Assembly: GCA_017991415.1 (NCBI GenBank)
Contig: JAGOQR010000001.1
Span: forward strand, 277,992-341,991
Length of the DNA: 64,000 nucleotides
Direction: 5' to 3'
DNA from: Candidatus Magasanikiibacteriota bacterium
GTDB lineage: Bacteria; Patescibacteriota; Patescibacteriia; Magasanikbacterales; GWA2-37-8
The translations under genes were made by a program, and so were the position numbers. The notes under the pieces were generated by a model that was not told the origin of the DNA, did no database searches, and saw nothing but the letters and a program-made list of their open reading frames with translations. This document shows, in pieces, positions 30,292-39,944 of this stretch (position 1 is its first letter; each line of letters opens with the position of its first letter).

Positions 30292-32316
30292 TTAAAGACT
30301 TGTTTGTTTTAGGTAATCTAAACAGGCTGACATCCCAGCCCCAACTGACCCATTACAACAGAACGCATTATTTTGCTCAGTTATAACCTGACAACAATTT
30401 TCTGGGTTACCATTCTGACAATCTGGTGAGACAGTTGTATTTGGAAACACGCTCATTCGTGGACCCTTACCAGGATAAAAACAGTTAAAATGGACATCTT
30501 CAACTGTAGAACTAACAACGGTAAAGTAATACTGGCGAGCAGAATCTAAAAATGGCCCATGATTCAATCGCGTATATGTTGTGCCATTAGCATTAAAAGA
30601 TGAAAGAGGTACTTTCCAAACCGGAATTTCATGAGTTGGTTTTTCTTCGATATTAATATTATACATAGAATCAGCTCGCATTCTTTCACTAAATGTCATG
30701 CTTAATTCTTGATACCGAGTAATATTTTCAGCATCAATGCCTGGCGTGATATTTTGTATAAATGGAGATGAAGTATCTATCTGGTTAACAATATTAAAAT
30801 TCCAGAAGTAGTTATCTGGTTGTTTTTGGTTAGGGAAAACAGGCATTGAACTTGTGGCAAGATTAGGAATATTATTTTTATTACCATCGAGCGCATTACC
30901 AGCTAAATCAGTTACACCAGAAAATGGCTGGGCTTCAAAAGAGTTTGGATTAATAATTCGAGCCGCTTTTAGGAGCACCTCGTAGGTATCTTGTGTGCAA
31001 TTTGCCCCTGGCTTATCACAGACCGGTAAACAAAATATTTTATTTCCACATGCATTTTGGCCACACTCTTGAGTTGGGGCGAACTCCAATGTTCGGTATC
31101 CATTAGTAAGACTAAAATTACCTTTTGGTAAAGTGCTGTTACTAGATTTTAAATAAACATTTTGCCCATCGAGAGAAAAATAATCACTCTCTGCATTAAA
31201 CTTACCAGTAATACCAATCGGATCGAGCGGCTCATTAAAATTAATCTGTAAAACACTATTTTTATCTTCTGCACTATTTAAATCTGGAAACACACTCTCT
31301 ACTACAGGAGGAGAAATATCTAAGGCTGTGCTATTAGTAAATTTCCATTCATAGTAATTATTTCCCAAAATACTAGCTCTAAAAACAGACGGATTATTAT
31401 TCGCCTGATCGTCGATTAATATACCAGGACCAAGGTGAACAAAATAACTTATCGGCTCTGTAGCGCTACCCAAATAACCGCCACTACTTATTGCCGTATC
31501 AGTAATTGGTTTAATTAATAAAGTATAAACTCCCGTAATATTATTTTCCGTACTTATCGCACCTAAAATTACCGCCCCCACGATACTTTCTCCCGTATCT
31601 GCTCGCTTAATATTTATTAGATTATCAGTAACATTTTTTAGTCGATCACAGTCAGCATACCAGTTTTGCACTGTTGTTTTGCAGTTTCCAAAAATACCAT
31701 CTGCTGTAGTATCGTCTACAAGACTATCCATCTTAATAGGGCGACGGAAACTTATCACAATTCTTGAATTGCGAGGAACACCAACCTGATCACGAGATGG
31801 ATAATGATCTTTTACAATCTGCCCTAAAGCGCCACTTCCTTGAAAATTTTCTGATAAGGGAGCTTCAATATTACCTCCTCCAGAACCTAGATCAGCATTT
31901 CCTGTAGCGTCTACCAGCTTACTAATAACAAAACTCACTATGGCGTATGCGCTTAAAATAATAGCCAAACCAATAGCGGTGTTAATCAAAAACTTTTTTG
32001 CCGTATCAATCTGCTCTTCATTTCCGCCGGCTGTCATCCATAAAAAGCCTCCATAAAGAACTAAAATTAAAGCTATAATTCCTAAAAGTCCAAGCGCAAC
32101 TCTTACAATCCGCGCAATCACGAGCCGTATATCAGTTGCGGGCAGTCCTAATGGCTGCTCTATTATTTGAACTCCTGTTTGAAGACCACTATTTGGATCA
32201 GCTACACTTTGTGCTTTTGCTGGGCGTGAATAACTAAAAATCGCCAATGAAAACAATATCGTTATCATGGCGACTTTAGTTATTTGGATAAATTTTTCTC
32301 GCATCCATTGAAGCAT
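30292..32316 (-). CDS. 674-aa surface protein, paralogous VirB2/TrbC-like N-terminal module plus extracellular domain
   Basis: Residues about 30-140 align with the N-terminus of the 2262-aa protein (GLPxTDIRLVxARIxRxALGLLGIxALxLxLYGGxxWMTxGG...LxNxxIGLxIILSxYAIxSFVISxLVDATG). Cys-rich C-terminal tail. Confidence 0.6.
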   Translation of the reverse strand: MLQWMREKFIQITKVAMITILFSLAIFSYSRPAKAQSVADPNSGLQTGVQIIEQPLGLPATDIRLVIARIVRVALGLLGIIALILVLYGGFLWMTAGGNEEQIDTAKKFLINTAIGLAIILSAYAIVSFVISKLVDATGNADLGSGGGNIEAPLSENFQGSGALGQIVKDHYPSRDQVGVPRNSRIVISFRRPIKMDSLVDDTTADGIFGNCKTTVQNWYADCDRLKNVTDNLINIKRADTGESIVGAVILGAISTENNITGVYTLLIKPITDTAISSGGYLGSATEPISYFVHLGPGILIDDQANNNPSVFRASILGNNYYEWKFTNSTALDISPPVVESVFPDLNSAEDKNSVLQINFNEPLDPIGITGKFNAESDYFSLDGQNVYLKSSNSTLPKGNFSLTNGYRTLEFAPTQECGQNACGNKIFCLPVCDKPGANCTQDTYEVLLKAARIINPNSFEAQPFSGVTDLAGNALDGNKNNIPNLATSSMPVFPNQKQPDNYFWNFNIVNQIDTSSPFIQNITPGIDAENITRYQELSMTFSERMRADSMYNINIEEKPTHEIPVWKVPLSSFNANGTTYTRLNHGPFLDSARQYYFTVVSSTVEDVHFNCFYPGKGPRMSVFPNTTVSPDCQNGNPENCCQVITEQNNAFCCNGSVGAGMSACLDYLKQTSL

Positions 32317-32408
32317 GGGACAATGGAAAAAATATCTAAGATATAGTTGTAACTAGCTCCGAAGACTTCACAAGAGAATTCTTCTCTCACTTTATTACAA
32401 AAATATTT

Positions 32409-32648
32409 TTATCTACCAAATTTTTTTGTTTCTTCTGGCATCTGTCCGATTTTTTTCAAGTATTCAATTTTTTGAGATACAGCCAAGCGATGCAAAGCAC
32501 TCTTCTTTCGCATGTTCTTATTTTTTGGCCTTTCATAAAATTGAATCTTTTTAACTTGCAATATTTTTCCGGATTGCTGCCAACGCTTCTTTACGCGGCG
32601 TAAAAAGGCTTCAAAAGATTCATTTTTCTTACGTTTTACTTCTGACAT
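32409..32648 (-). CDS. rpsU: 30S ribosomal protein S21
   Basis: MSEVKRKKNESFEAFLRRVKKRWQQSGKILQVKKIQFYERP matches the S21 pattern (xVxVxxNExxExALRRFKR...EfYEKP). Confidence 0.8.
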   Translation of the reverse strand: MSEVKRKKNESFEAFLRRVKKRWQQSGKILQVKKIQFYERPKNKNMRKKSALHRLAVSQKIEYLKKIGQMPEETKKFGR

Positions 32649-32701
32649 ATGTCCACCTCACTTTCTATATTAGATGTTAAACTAATCATACAATGATACT
32701 A

Positions 32702-34117
32702 CTATTTTCCGCCTAAGTCAAACCGTGATAACTTCTTTTTCAGAATATTTTCTACTTTCTTTTGATCTACAATTTCTTGCACGCCAGATTCCATATCTCG
32801 AATAATTATAGTGCCGTCCTGAACCTCTTTTTGACCTAGAATAAGGGCGTATGGAACTTGAAGGCTATTAGCAGTTTCTAACTGACCTTTCAAGGAATTC
32901 TTAGAAAAATTATAACTAATCTTTAAACCAGAAGCCCGAAGATCATTAATTGTTTTAAGGGCACGGCGGCGAGCCTGATCACCAAGTTGGGCCATAAACG
33001 CATCAAACTGCGGTACAGCAAATTTAATCTGTTTTGCATCAAGATACTGCTTTAAGGCTGAAACTGATCTTTCAATGCCTATAGAAAAACCAGCAGCAGG
33101 AGCAGCTTTTCCTCCCATTTCCTCTACCAAAAGATCGTATCGTCCACCACCACCTAATGCACTCTGCGCACCATGCGCTTCATTTTCACCTTCTGCAGTT
33201 ACGGTATATACTTCAAAAACAGTACGGGTGTAATAATCTAAACCACGAACGAGTGATGGTTTTAAAACATACGGAACTCCTAATTCATCCAAATACTCTA
33301 ACACTTTTGTGAAGTGATTTTTTGAATCTTCTTCAAGCCAGGCAATAATTTGAGGGGCCTCTTCTTTTATAGGCTGACATCGCTCTTGTTTACAATCCAA
33401 CAATCTGAGAGGGTTTTTATTTAATCTTTGTTTACAATCATCACACAAATAACTACGCTTGCTGCGATAATATTCAACTAAAGCTGTTTTATATTTTTGT
33501 CTTTCTTCTGGCATGCCGATACTATTTATATGCACTTCGACTGGCAGCCCTAAATCTTTATAAAAATTATGCGCAATTAAAATGAGCTCCGCATCTTCTA
33601 CAGGATCTGCATCGCCAATTGTCTCAAAGCCCATCTGGTTAAACTGTCTAAACCGACCAGCTTGTGGCCTGTCATACCTAAACATTGCACCCCAATACCA
33701 CATTTTTACTGGCTGAGCCATGTTCCACATACCATGCATAATATATGCACGCACTGCGGAGGCAGTATTTTCTGGACGAAGCGCTACTTTGTTTGCATCT
33801 CGATCTTCAAATACATACATTTCTTTATCAATCACATCTGTACCTTTACCAATAGAACGAACAAACAACCCTGCTTCTTCTAGCAAAGGAGTCTCTAAAC
33901 GACCAAACTGAAAATGTTCAGCCAAATTTTCGGCTGCATGATAAAATGCTTTCCAATATTTTTCGTCCTTTGGCAGCACGTCGTGCATACCACGAAGCAA
34001 AGCATAGGCCTTTTTATTACCACTACCAGACTCAGCACGAGCTTCGGTGCGAGGCTTGAGTTTTTCTACCTTTGGTTTCTTAACAAATTTTTTTGCTACC
34101 ATTTTTTTCTTAGGCAT
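32702..34117 (-). CDS. hisS: histidyl-tRNA synthetase
   Basis: Class II motifs and HisS-specific GMHDVLP...ALRPENTASAVRAY and GGGRYD regions, with an unusual Lys-rich N-terminal extension. Confidence 0.9.
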   Translation of the reverse strand: MPKKKMVAKKFVKKPKVEKLKPRTEARAESGSGNKKAYALLRGMHDVLPKDEKYWKAFYHAAENLAEHFQFGRLETPLLEEAGLFVRSIGKGTDVIDKEMYVFEDRDANKVALRPENTASAVRAYIMHGMWNMAQPVKMWYWGAMFRYDRPQAGRFRQFNQMGFETIGDADPVEDAELILIAHNFYKDLGLPVEVHINSIGMPEERQKYKTALVEYYRSKRSYLCDDCKQRLNKNPLRLLDCKQERCQPIKEEAPQIIAWLEEDSKNHFTKVLEYLDELGVPYVLKPSLVRGLDYYTRTVFEVYTVTAEGENEAHGAQSALGGGGRYDLLVEEMGGKAAPAAGFSIGIERSVSALKQYLDAKQIKFAVPQFDAFMAQLGDQARRRALKTINDLRASGLKISYNFSKNSLKGQLETANSLQVPYALILGQKEVQDGTIIIRDMESGVQEIVDQKKVENILKKKLSRFDLGGK

Positions 34118-34134
34118 AATAATGCTTAATCCGA

Positions 34135-34740
34135 TTAAATATTTAAATCTGGTTCAGAGATAATTTCTGCTCGATTAAACGGCCAGCCTCTAAAAAATAC
34201 CCGACCAACTACTAAACTTTTATCAACAGCGCCAAACCGACGAGAGTCGTAGCTATTAGGGCGATTATCCCCCATTACAAAATATTGATTTTCAGTAAGT
34301 GGCACAAAAGTTCTTTCACCGCTTGTTAGGATATCTTTTGGTAAATACGATTCGTCAAGCACCACTCCTTCAGGATGTTCTTGATTATATATTGTTACTT
34401 GTCCGTCCGAAATTTTTACTCTCTCTCCTGGCAAACCAATAATTCTTTTTAAGAAAAATTCTTTTGGATTTTCTGGATACTTGAATACAATGACTTCACC
34501 TCGTTGCGGAAGGCGAAAGTGATAACTTACTTCATCAACAATTAAATACTCTTTATCAAAGAAATTTGGCTCCATCGAAGCCCCTTTTACATAAAAAGGT
34601 TTAAAAATTAAATATCGTACGGCAGTAATAGTAACACCAGCTAAAACAACAACTTTTATAATTTCTAATAAAAAAGTACCAACACTTCCTAAGGATACGA
34701 GAAATCTTTTTTTAAAATTAAATTTTTCTTCCTCAGTCAT
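34135..34740 (-). CDS. lepB: signal peptidase I
   Basis: KGASMEPNF (Ser box), GDNRPNSYDSRRFG (box E), and an N-terminal TM anchor. Confidence 0.9.
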   Translation of the reverse strand: MTEEEKFNFKKRFLVSLGSVGTFLLEIIKVVVLAGVTITAVRYLIFKPFYVKGASMEPNFFDKEYLIVDEVSYHFRLPQRGEVIVFKYPENPKEFFLKRIIGLPGERVKISDGQVTIYNQEHPEGVVLDESYLPKDILTSGERTFVPLTENQYFVMGDNRPNSYDSRRFGAVDKSLVVGRVFFRGWPFNRAEIISEPDLNI

Positions 34741-34839
34741 AAAAAATTTAAATTAGTATTGATATAGCAATATTTTACAGCAAATAACAACCTTGCGCAA
34801 GTAAAATAAAAACAGCGTGAATATAATTTTAAAGCTGTT

Positions 34840-34916
34840 TGGTGGGCATGCCAAGAATCGAACTTGGGACCTCGTCATTATCAGTGACGCGCTCTAACCA
34901 TCTGAGCTACATGCCC
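34840..34916 (-). tRNA. tRNA-Ile (anticodon GAT)
   Basis: Reverse complement GGGCATGTAGCTCAGATGGTTAGAGCGCGTCACTGATAATGACGAGGTCCCAAGTTCGATTCTTGGCATGCCCACCA forms a cloverleaf with anticodon loop CTGATAA. CCA is encoded. Confidence 0.9.
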
Positions 34917-34979
34917 TTTTATAAATTTTATCTCGCCCTCGTGATTAGCTACTTAGACGACTGCACTCTAATTATCTGA

Positions 34980-34999
34980 CCTGCCTGCCGGCAGGCAGG
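34980..34999. repeat. perfect 20-nt GC-rich palindrome CCTGCCTGCCGGCAGGCAGG
   Basis: Exact 10+10 inverted repeat with no spacer, in an A+T-rich spacer between tRNA-Ile and tRNA-Val. Confidence 0.8.
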
Positions 35000-35003
35000 C
35001 AGG

Positions 35004-35014
35004 GCTACATGCCC
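35004..35014. repeat. 11-nt direct duplicate of the tRNA-Ile 5' end (GCTACATGCCC)
   Basis: Identical to 34906-34916, in the same orientation, immediately after the palindrome. Confidence 0.7.
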
Positions 35015-35077
35015 TTCTCACAAATGTAAATAATGAAATTCAGAATAACATTTTTTCATTAAAAAATCAAGTCCTTG

Positions 35078-35151
35078 TGGGTATATCCCGACTCGAACGG
35101 GAGACCTTCGCAATGTCAATGCGACGCTCTAACCAACTGAGCTATACACCC
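35078..35151 (-). tRNA. tRNA-Val (anticodon GAC)
   Basis: Reverse complement GGGTGTATAGCTCAGTTGGTTAGAGCGTCGCATTGACATTGCGAAGGTCTCCCGTTCGAGTCGGGATATACCCA forms a cloverleaf with anticodon loop TTGACAT. CCA is not encoded. Confidence 0.9.
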
Positions 35152-35221
35152 AAAACCAAGTCAAGTATACCAAATTACTATTAAAAATCAACTCCCTTTC
35201 AGTAGAACAAAGTCCCTATTT

Positions 35222-35262
35222 TTTAAACAAAAACAACCTTATTTCTAAGATTGTTTTTGTAT
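35222..35262 (-). terminator. Rho-independent terminator (A/U-rich hairpin acaaaaacaacctt...aaggttgtttttgt plus U-run) after small ORF 1
   Basis: Inverted repeat ACAAAAACAA/TTGTTTTTGT followed on the minus strand by TTTAAAAAAT. A near-identical copy lies at 35537-35575. Confidence 0.5.
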
Positions 35263-35320
35263 TGGCTACGAAGTTGTGCCTTCTACAACTTCGTAGCAAG
35301 TTGAGACGATGGTTGTTGGC

Positions 35321-35497
35321 TCAGGTCTTGGGAGGGTTAGAAGGACGGGGAAATCCCGCCATTGTCACCCGCATCTTAGCTTCGGGAGTTAACGTATCCC
35401 ACTGATCAGGGTCATTGAGATTCACACGATTCTCGGCTCCCAACGCTTTCACAAGGCGAGCCAATAACTCAGCTTTCGCATCTGTATCTTCGGCCAT
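35321..35497 (-). CDS. small G+C-rich ORF 1 (58 aa), unknown function, with strong SD
   Basis: AAGGAGG then a 9-nt spacer before the ATG. Encodes MAEDTDAKAELLARLVKALGAENRVNLNDPDQWDTLTPEAKMRVTMAGFPRPSNPPKT. Not in the supplied ORF track because it is under 60 aa. Sits in a locally G+C-rich island. Confidence 0.4.
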   Translation of the reverse strand: MAEDTDAKAELLARLVKALGAENRVNLNDPDQWDTLTPEAKMRVTMAGFPRPSNPPKT

Positions 35498-35536
35498 CGT
35501 TTGATTCCTCCTTGGAATTATATTATCACATTATTT

Positions 35537-35575
35537 AAAAAACAAAAACAGCCTTTTATAAGGTTGTTTTTGTAA
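35537..35575 (-). terminator. Rho-independent terminator after small ORF 2 (second copy of the A/U hairpin module)
   Basis: ACAAAAACAGCCTTTTATAAGGTTGTTTTTGT followed on the minus strand by a U-run. Confidence 0.5.
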
Positions 35576-35623
35576 TGGTCGCGAATGCTTTGGGGGAAGC
35601 ATCGCGACAAACCAAGACAATGA

Positions 35624-35827
35624 CTACCCGACAGGGGTGATCTCCTCATCAGCAGCGCCTGCTTCGGGCGGAACGACATCTTCTTCAGAAGCAGATGGTG
35701 GAGATGGATGCAGATGAGCATCCAGGTCAGCCTGCAGGCCGCGGATAACCGCCACAGTCACAAAGCTCTGCGGCTTTGATTGCGGAGGAACACTCCCCTT
35801 TGCCATACCCCGTTTTTGATCAGCCAT
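35624..35827 (-). CDS. small G+C-rich ORF 2 (67 aa), unknown function, with strong SD
   Basis: AAGGAGG then a 6-nt spacer before ATG (MADQKRGMAKGS...). Acidic, Pro-rich C-terminus. About mid-50s % G+C by eye, against A+T-rich flanks. Confidence 0.4.
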   Translation of the reverse strand: MADQKRGMAKGSVPPQSKPQSFVTVAVIRGLQADLDAHLHPSPPSASEEDVVPPEAGAADEEITPVG

Positions 35828-35871
35828 TGTCAACCTCCTTATATTTACCCTAGCATAAAATAAAAATAAAA

Positions 35872-35898
35872 CAAGAAGCGTCGTTAAGACGCTTCTTG
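35872..35898 (-). terminator. terminator-like hairpin downstream of the 16S rRNA (CAAGAAGCGTC-TTAAC-GACGCTTCTTG plus U-run)
   Basis: Perfect 11-bp stem followed on the minus strand by TTTTATTTTTATTTT. Confidence 0.5.
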
Positions 35899-36065
35899 AG
35901 CTTACCTGCTGGTAGGCAGGTTAACAATATAAATGTGACAAAGATTACACAATATTTTTCTATCCTTTAGAACTTTTTGATAAACCGAAGTTTATCGCAA
36001 GCGCCTCTGCAACTTGCGTTGCCAGGCTCGACAGAAATTCGCAGTCTTTCGACTGAGTATCTCCA

Positions 36066-37627
<1,562 letters not shown>

Positions 37628-37993
37628 GAGTATTGATTTTTGTTCACCCTACACAGCCGAAGCTGCAAGGGCTGATGAACAAGTTATCATTTTGGATTTA
37701 TTTATTATTTATACTCGAAATAACTCGAGTTTTTTCGGATAGACTTTTTTTGTGGTCTTTGTCACATTTATATTGTCAATGTACTGTTCCAATATTTATT
37801 TCTAAATTTGGAAAACTTTTTTCAATCTAGTTACCTGACTAGAAAGAAAAAAGAGAAATCAAATCTTGATTGCTCTTTTTTCTTTCCCTCGATTATTACG
37901 AGGCGGGCAGTTTCCAGATGGACTTGCCTGAGAATATTAGTTTTAAATGAAATGTTTTTTTGCGGGAATTTATTAGCTTTTTTTAACTTCTAC

Positions 37994-38022
37994 ATATTAA
38001 CACTTAGCCAAAATATTGTCAA
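37994..38022 (-). promoter_or_regulatory. candidate rRNA promoter (TTGACA-N17-TAATAT on the minus strand) about 365 nt upstream of mature 16S
   Basis: Reverse complement of 38017-38022 is TTGACA and of 37994-37999 is TAATAT, with a 17-nt spacer. A second TTGACAATAT copy lies at about 37775-37784. Confidence 0.4.
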
Positions 38023-38182
38023 CACTCTATATCGAGCCTTTTATAAACAGTCTGTGGATAAGTAAAATATAGTCAAAAATGCCATATTTAAGCCAAATTC
38101 TGGCCTAACTTCTCTACCCTACCATAGCCAGTACGGGCAGGTACCAATTCACCTTTTTTACATCTTTCTTAAGTATCTTTAA

Positions 38183-38881
38183 TTATTTACTTTGCTCTCT
38201 GCGCCACTCTTCTATTTTTTTATGATCACCAGATAATAAAACATCTGGCACTTTTATTTTTCTTTTTTTTACTACTACTACTTCTGGTCTTGTATAATGT
38301 GGATACTCAATAAATTTTGTAAGTTGTTCTTTACCCATTTCACCAGCATCATTAAAGGATTCATCTTTTAGAGATTCTTGCTTACCGATAGCGCCTGGCA
38401 ATAATCTTGTTATCGCCTCCATTACCACCATAGCTGGGACTTCTCCACCAAATAACACATAGTCACCAATAGAAATTTCTTCATCTGCAACATCGGTCAT
38501 TACTCGTTCATCTATACCTTCATAGCGCCCACAAATCATCACAAGCTGATCAAGCCCTGACCATTCACGTGCCATAGCTTGCGTAAATTTTTTGCCTTTA
38601 GGATTAAAAACAATTACTTTTGTTTTTAATTTTTTGCTCTTACTTTTTATCTTTGACGTAATTTTTTGCACCGCCTTATAGATTGGCTGAAACATAAGCA
38701 CCATACCTGCCCCACCACCATACGGACGGTCATCTACCGTACCTCTTTTATCATCGGCAAAATCACGCAAATTATGAACATTAATAGAAACTAATTCTTT
38801 TTTTTGTGCACGACTAATTAACGCCTCCGTTTTAAAGCTTTCAAAAAATTGCGGAAAAATTGTAATGATATCAAATTTCAT
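38183..38881 (-). CDS. trmD: tRNA (guanine37-N1)-methyltransferase
   Basis: MKFDIITIFPQFFESF...DDRPYGGGAGMVLM, a SPOUT TrmD signature. Start taken at internal Met; the 5' extension in the ORF track runs into the G+C-rich island. Confidence 0.9.
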   Translation of the reverse strand: MKFDIITIFPQFFESFKTEALISRAQKKELVSINVHNLRDFADDKRGTVDDRPYGGGAGMVLMFQPIYKAVQKITSKIKSKSKKLKTKVIVFNPKGKKFTQAMAREWSGLDQLVMICGRYEGIDERVMTDVADEEISIGDYVLFGGEVPAMVVMEAITRLLPGAIGKQESLKDESFNDAGEMGKEQLTKFIEYPHYTRPEVVVVKKRKIKVPDVLLSGDHKKIEEWRREQSK

Positions 38882-39002
38882 ATATCTAATAATATTACTC
38901 GAAAAAAAAATATTAGGCAATCTATAAAAATATAGAAGCCCGCCGCGGTTGCGACAGGCTTCGCTGCTTCGAGCCGCCCACAGGCCTGAGGCCTGATGGC
39001 GG

Positions 39003-39752
39003 CTACTGTGGATTCTTCGGACCACGAGCGTCGAAGAAATCCGGGAACGTGGCGAAGAAGATCATCAGGATCGAGAGTGTCGTCGCGGCTCGGTAGAGAG
39101 CACCTTCATGCTCACCCTTGCGAATACGCCGCAAGAGCTCTGACACCTCAATGTACTCAGCCTTGTAGATCAGCTCGCCGTGCTGCGGATTGATGTTCTC
39201 GATCCGATCGAGATCGACTTCGACGAACAACAGGTCTGTCCAGCTTGCCACAAACGTTGGACAAGCGTTGTGGTAGGGGTGATTGGGCTGAAACACTTCC
39301 ACCACCGCAGCACCGGTCTCCTCACGAACTTCGCGCGTGGCAGCGTCTGGTCCAGACTCGAACTTCCCCACGACCTTGTCCTTGAAGCCCATGGGAATCT
39401 GACCAACCACGACCGCCTCACGACTTCTCGGATTGCGAGGATCATCTGCATGAGGCCGAGCCTCATGCATGACTCCGATCTTGATCGCGCCATCTTTGGT
39501 ACGACCCCAAGCCACGACGTTGACTGATGGCGCCTCACGATACTCCGGGCGATCAAACGCCGGCGTACCGTCGACACCACAAACAACAACGTTGCGCACT
39601 GCGCCGAACCGAGACGTTGCTTCCCAGTTAATACCCGCGAACTGGTCGCGCGCACCATCTGGACGATCCACGTAGAGGGTCCAGTTGACATCTGCCGGAC
39701 GACCAGCGAAGAACTCGGACCCCACATCGCTCGGTTTTTTTGTAGCACTCAT
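39003..39752 (-). CDS. G+C-rich NUDIX hydrolase (ADP-ribose pyrophosphatase-like), probably horizontally acquired
   Basis: Nudix box ...GKFESGPDAATREVREETGAAV. AAGGAG SD 8 nt before the ATG at 39752. The gene body is visibly G+C-rich, unlike its neighbours. It occupies the position rimM would hold between the KH-protein gene and trmD. The C-terminal roughly 20 aa extend into A+T-rich DNA, so the exact stop is uncertain. Confidence 0.55.
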   Translation of the reverse strand: MSATKKPSDVGSEFFAGRPADVNWTLYVDRPDGARDQFAGINWEATSRFGAVRNVVVCGVDGTPAFDRPEYREAPSVNVVAWGRTKDGAIKIGVMHEARPHADDPRNPRSREAVVVGQIPMGFKDKVVGKFESGPDAATREVREETGAAVVEVFQPNHPYHNACPTFVASWTDLLFVEVDLDRIENINPQHGELIYKAEYIEVSELLRRIRKGEHEGALYRAATTLSILMIFFATFPDFFDARGPKNPQ

Positions 39753-39944
39753 CTCTGCTGCTCCTTTGAATCCAATTTGAACCCAAATGGTTAGTTGGAC
39801 AAAAATTACAATCAAAAATAATTACAATTTTTACCCAACTAACTTATAAAAAGAACAGCTCACTATAACACTAAAACTGACTTTTGTCAATATACAAAAC
39901 CACCCTCGGTTTCCCGAGAGTGGTTTAAATTTTTTGTATTTGTT

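Noticed and set aside
32702-34134. T-box leaders for hisS, argS and tyrS
   Set aside because: I searched the upstream regions on the coding strand for the T-box consensus (AGGGUGGNACCGCG) and specifier or antiterminator architecture and found none.
35001-35016. Possible second, degenerate tRNA next to the palindrome
   Set aside because: Only 11-13 nt match the tRNA-Ile acceptor and D-stem start. The remainder cannot form D, anticodon and T arms or a matching 3' acceptor strand.
37633-38065. Two small plus-strand ORFs in the region upstream of 16S
   Set aside because: The region is A+T-rich rRNA leader and promoter sequence, with no start context and low-complexity translations.
38996-39748. 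Multiple overlapping ORFs on both strands inside the G+C-rich NUDIX region (such as 39170-39748 minus and 39180-39527 plus)
   Set aside because: High GC suppresses stop codons in all frames. Only the frame with the Nudix box and SD-ATG is supported.
39003-39752. G+C-rich gene being a divergent rimM
   Set aside because: The protein has a Nudix box and a NudF-like layout, and no RimM N-domain or PRC-barrel features.
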